NCBI GenBank assembly: GCA_023132135.1
Contig: JAGLYR010000003.1
Span: 1-46,073 of the forward strand
Length of the DNA: 46,073 nucleotides
Source: Candidatus Eiseniibacteriota bacterium
Lineage (GTDB): Bacteria > Arandabacterota > Arandabacteria > JAGLYR01
Direction of reading: 5' to 3'
In this document: positions 44,199 through 46,073 of the stretch, piece after piece
Numbering within the stretch: position 1 is the first letter of the stretch
Layout of the letters: the number at the start of each line of letters is the position of its first letter
Notes under the pieces: model-generated
The model's database searches: none
What the model was told of the DNA's origin: nothing
What the model saw: the letters and a program-made list of their open reading frames with translations, nothing else
Position numbers and translations under genes: made by a program

Positions 44199-45962
44199 TT
44201 ACCGGACAATGGCAATCTTGCCGGTGGACCGCTTTTCTCCGTTATCGACGACGACGAAATAGACACCGGCCGCCACGTGTTCGCCATCTCTGTTCTTCCC
44301 GTCCCACCGCGCATAGCCTCCCGCGTCGGAGACGTCGGGGGGCTGGTTGAGAACGCGGATGAGTGCTCCGGACAGGTTATAGATGCACACCCGGAGACGC
44401 CGGGGTTCAGCGCCGGGTTTGTAGGTGATGTGCAGGTCTTCGGCCCCGTCTCCTATGAGCCATGGGTTGGGTCGGATGTCGAGGTCCTCGGCCGTCTGGA
44501 TTTCCCCGCGCGAGATGGTGGCTCGCATCCAGTCCGCTCCTGCGGCATGGATTCCTGTCACGGATACGCCGCTGGGGGTCCCGCCGTAGAGATTGCTGGA
44601 GGGAGTGGATGAAGGGCCCAACTCCTGCCCTGGCTGCCAGAGATCTCCTGGAGCCCCGGTGCCCAGTTCGGTCAAGCCTCCGCCATCGGCCTGCACCACG
44701 GAAACGAGCAGGCGATCCATCCGGTTGTTGTCCACCTGGGATTCGTCGACGTGGAGAATCAGAAACCCCTCCGCTTCCGCTCCCGCGGTGGCAAAGATCT
44801 CCGTGTCGTAGCCCAGGAGCTGCCGGTTCTCCATGAGGAAGTACTCGCCCGTACCCGTTGCCGACCTGGTCCAGTCCACGCCGTTGGGATTGTCGAGGAT
44901 GCGGTAGGCGATGGGCTCATTCTCCACAGGTGGGAGCACGACCGAGTAGGTCTGGAAAGGCGGCGGGTCGGTAATCGAGTCAATGGCTCTGGGCTCTATC
45001 CATCCCAGAAACCATTTGCACCAGGTGCTCAGATGCGACGGCCGGCTTCCCACAGGCCATCCGCTCCATCCGCCGTAGTCCATCAGGCAGAATCGGCCGA
45101 GCCGCGACTCCATGCTGGTCGTGTTGTAGAAATCCGGCAGACCCAGAGTGTGCCCAAACTCGTGGCAGAAGACTCCGAGTCGGCCGTCCTCGGGATTGAG
45201 AGTGTAGATATCGGCCTCCACTCCATCCACCGCGACGGGGAGCAGGTGGCCGGCCATGATCTCCAGGTAGTCCCGGAGGCTGGATTGGTGGGACCAGATC
45301 TGGTCGGCCGACGGCTGGCAGCTCTGGAATTCCGCACCGCAGCCGGCGTGGACCACAATGATGGCATCTACTTTGCCGTCGTGATCGTTGTCAAACTCGC
45401 TGAAATCCAGGTGGGCATCCGCCAGCTCCACGGCTTCCTTGACCAGCCCCCACACGTTCCGGGGGGGTAGTGGGCCGGTGGCCGCGGCGGCCGATGTGTC
45501 GAATCCGTGGTCGTCCGCTGTTCCGGAGATGCCATCCTGGTTCACGTAGTGGCCGTTGTAGGAATAGGCGCTGCGAAGCCAAGGAGTTACGGTTCCCCGG
45601 ACGTCAAATGCACCGTACGAGCTCTCCTTATAGTAGTCGTACAGGCTGAGCGCTCCCGCAGCGCGTTCGAAGAGCAGGGTCTCAAAGTGGGACGGGGGAT
45701 ACTGGAGGGTATCCGCCGGGCGGTCCACGAAATCGATCAGAATGACGGGGACATGAAACACCCCTTGGGCAGGCGCCCGTTCCTTCAGTGTTGTCCCCTG
45801 ATGCGGGGCTACAATCTCAAGGATGGCCGAGAGCTGCGCCGGGTCTTTGAACCGGCGCTGGAGCTCGCCCGGGGGATATGGAGGTATAGCCTCCGCCGGA
45901 AAGCCGCTGCCGAACCCCAAGATCATTGCGGTTGTGAGAATGCAGACACTGTGTCGAGTCAT
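44199..45962 (-). CDS. M6-family (immune inhibitor A-like) metalloprotease with C-terminal FlgD-Ig/T9SS-like sorting domain
   Basis: Signal peptide; YYKESSYG, FDNDHDGKVD, VHAG, IWSH, HEFGHTLGLPD, LMDYG Met-turn, EYFLMENR; C-terminal PNP..IYNLSG..WDGKN..G..VAAGVY..KIAIVR. Confidence 0.9.
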   Translation of the reverse strand: MTRHSVCILTTAMILGFGSGFPAEAIPPYPPGELQRRFKDPAQLSAILEIVAPHQGTTLKERAPAQGVFHVPVILIDFVDRPADTLQYPPSHFETLLFERAAGALSLYDYYKESSYGAFDVRGTVTPWLRSAYSYNGHYVNQDGISGTADDHGFDTSAAAATGPLPPRNVWGLVKEAVELADAHLDFSEFDNDHDGKVDAIIVVHAGCGAEFQSCQPSADQIWSHQSSLRDYLEIMAGHLLPVAVDGVEADIYTLNPEDGRLGVFCHEFGHTLGLPDFYNTTSMESRLGRFCLMDYGGWSGWPVGSRPSHLSTWCKWFLGWIEPRAIDSITDPPPFQTYSVVLPPVENEPIAYRILDNPNGVDWTRSATGTGEYFLMENRQLLGYDTEIFATAGAEAEGFLILHVDESQVDNNRMDRLLVSVVQADGGGLTELGTGAPGDLWQPGQELGPSSTPSSNLYGGTPSGVSVTGIHAAGADWMRATISRGEIQTAEDLDIRPNPWLIGDGAEDLHITYKPGAEPRRLRVCIYNLSGALIRVLNQPPDVSDAGGYARWDGKNRDGEHVAAGVYFVVVDNGEKRSTGKIAIVR

Positions 45963-46008
45963 TATATCCTGATATGTAGAGAAGAGATATCCATCATTCG
46001 TCCCCATG

Positions 46009-46037
46009 AATCTAGGCCTCCGGGTTGGGCAAGTCAA
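46009..46037 (-). promoter_or_regulatory. sigma70-type promoter for the M6 protease
   Basis: On the minus strand: TTGACT, 17-nt spacer, TAGATT. Confidence 0.45.
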
Positions 46038-46048
46038 GCCAAATGGCC

Positions 46049-46073
46049 AGCCTGCATTTCTCACCAGGTTTCT
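46049..46073. mobile_element. Left terminal inverted repeat of another copy of the palindromic MITE-like element (truncated)
   Basis: AGCCTGCATTTCTCACCAG is the exact reverse complement of 139-157. Confidence 0.6.

Noticed and set aside
1-46073. Circular plasmid or prophage
   Set aside because: No replication, integrase or phage genes; core chromosomal genes present. Terminal complementarity is better explained by repeat-bounded assembly.

Overview
GC-rich bacterial chromosomal segment; almost all genes lie on the + strand. The lineage is diderm, probably an FCB-related or candidate phylum (inferred from the FlgD/T9SS-like C-terminal domain and the lipid acyltransferase). Left part (0.3-9.7 kb): thiC-family gene, hutU, hutI, PHP hydrolase, ECF S-component, TonB-receptor-like protein, manC and comEA. 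Middle (9.9-38.1 kb): a nearly complete, Myxococcus/Geobacter-style type IVa pilus supercluster. It runs pilB-pilT-pilC-pilS-pilR, ABC transporter (pilH/pilI-like), pilG-like, pilD, a second sigma54 activator, fimT-pilV-pilW-pilX, pilMNOPQ, a ~10x Ig-repeat invasin-like lipoprotein and a small beta-barrel. Three sigma54-type promoters lie upstream of pilB, fimT and pilM. The cluster has no major pilin pilA and no pilY1. Instead, the minor pilins are giant: PilW is 994 aa (4 FN3 + Ig + extra domains), and PilX is ~600 aa with a PilY1-type Ca-binding loop. Right part: rsmD, coaD, glcD-like oxidase, obgE, dprA, LpxL-like acyltransferase, then DUF3467 and an M6 metalloprotease on the - strand. Both window ends stop inside copies of one palindromic MITE-like repeat, which also has a miniature internal copy at 9.7 kb. 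All calls are from motif recognition by eye; no database searches were run.
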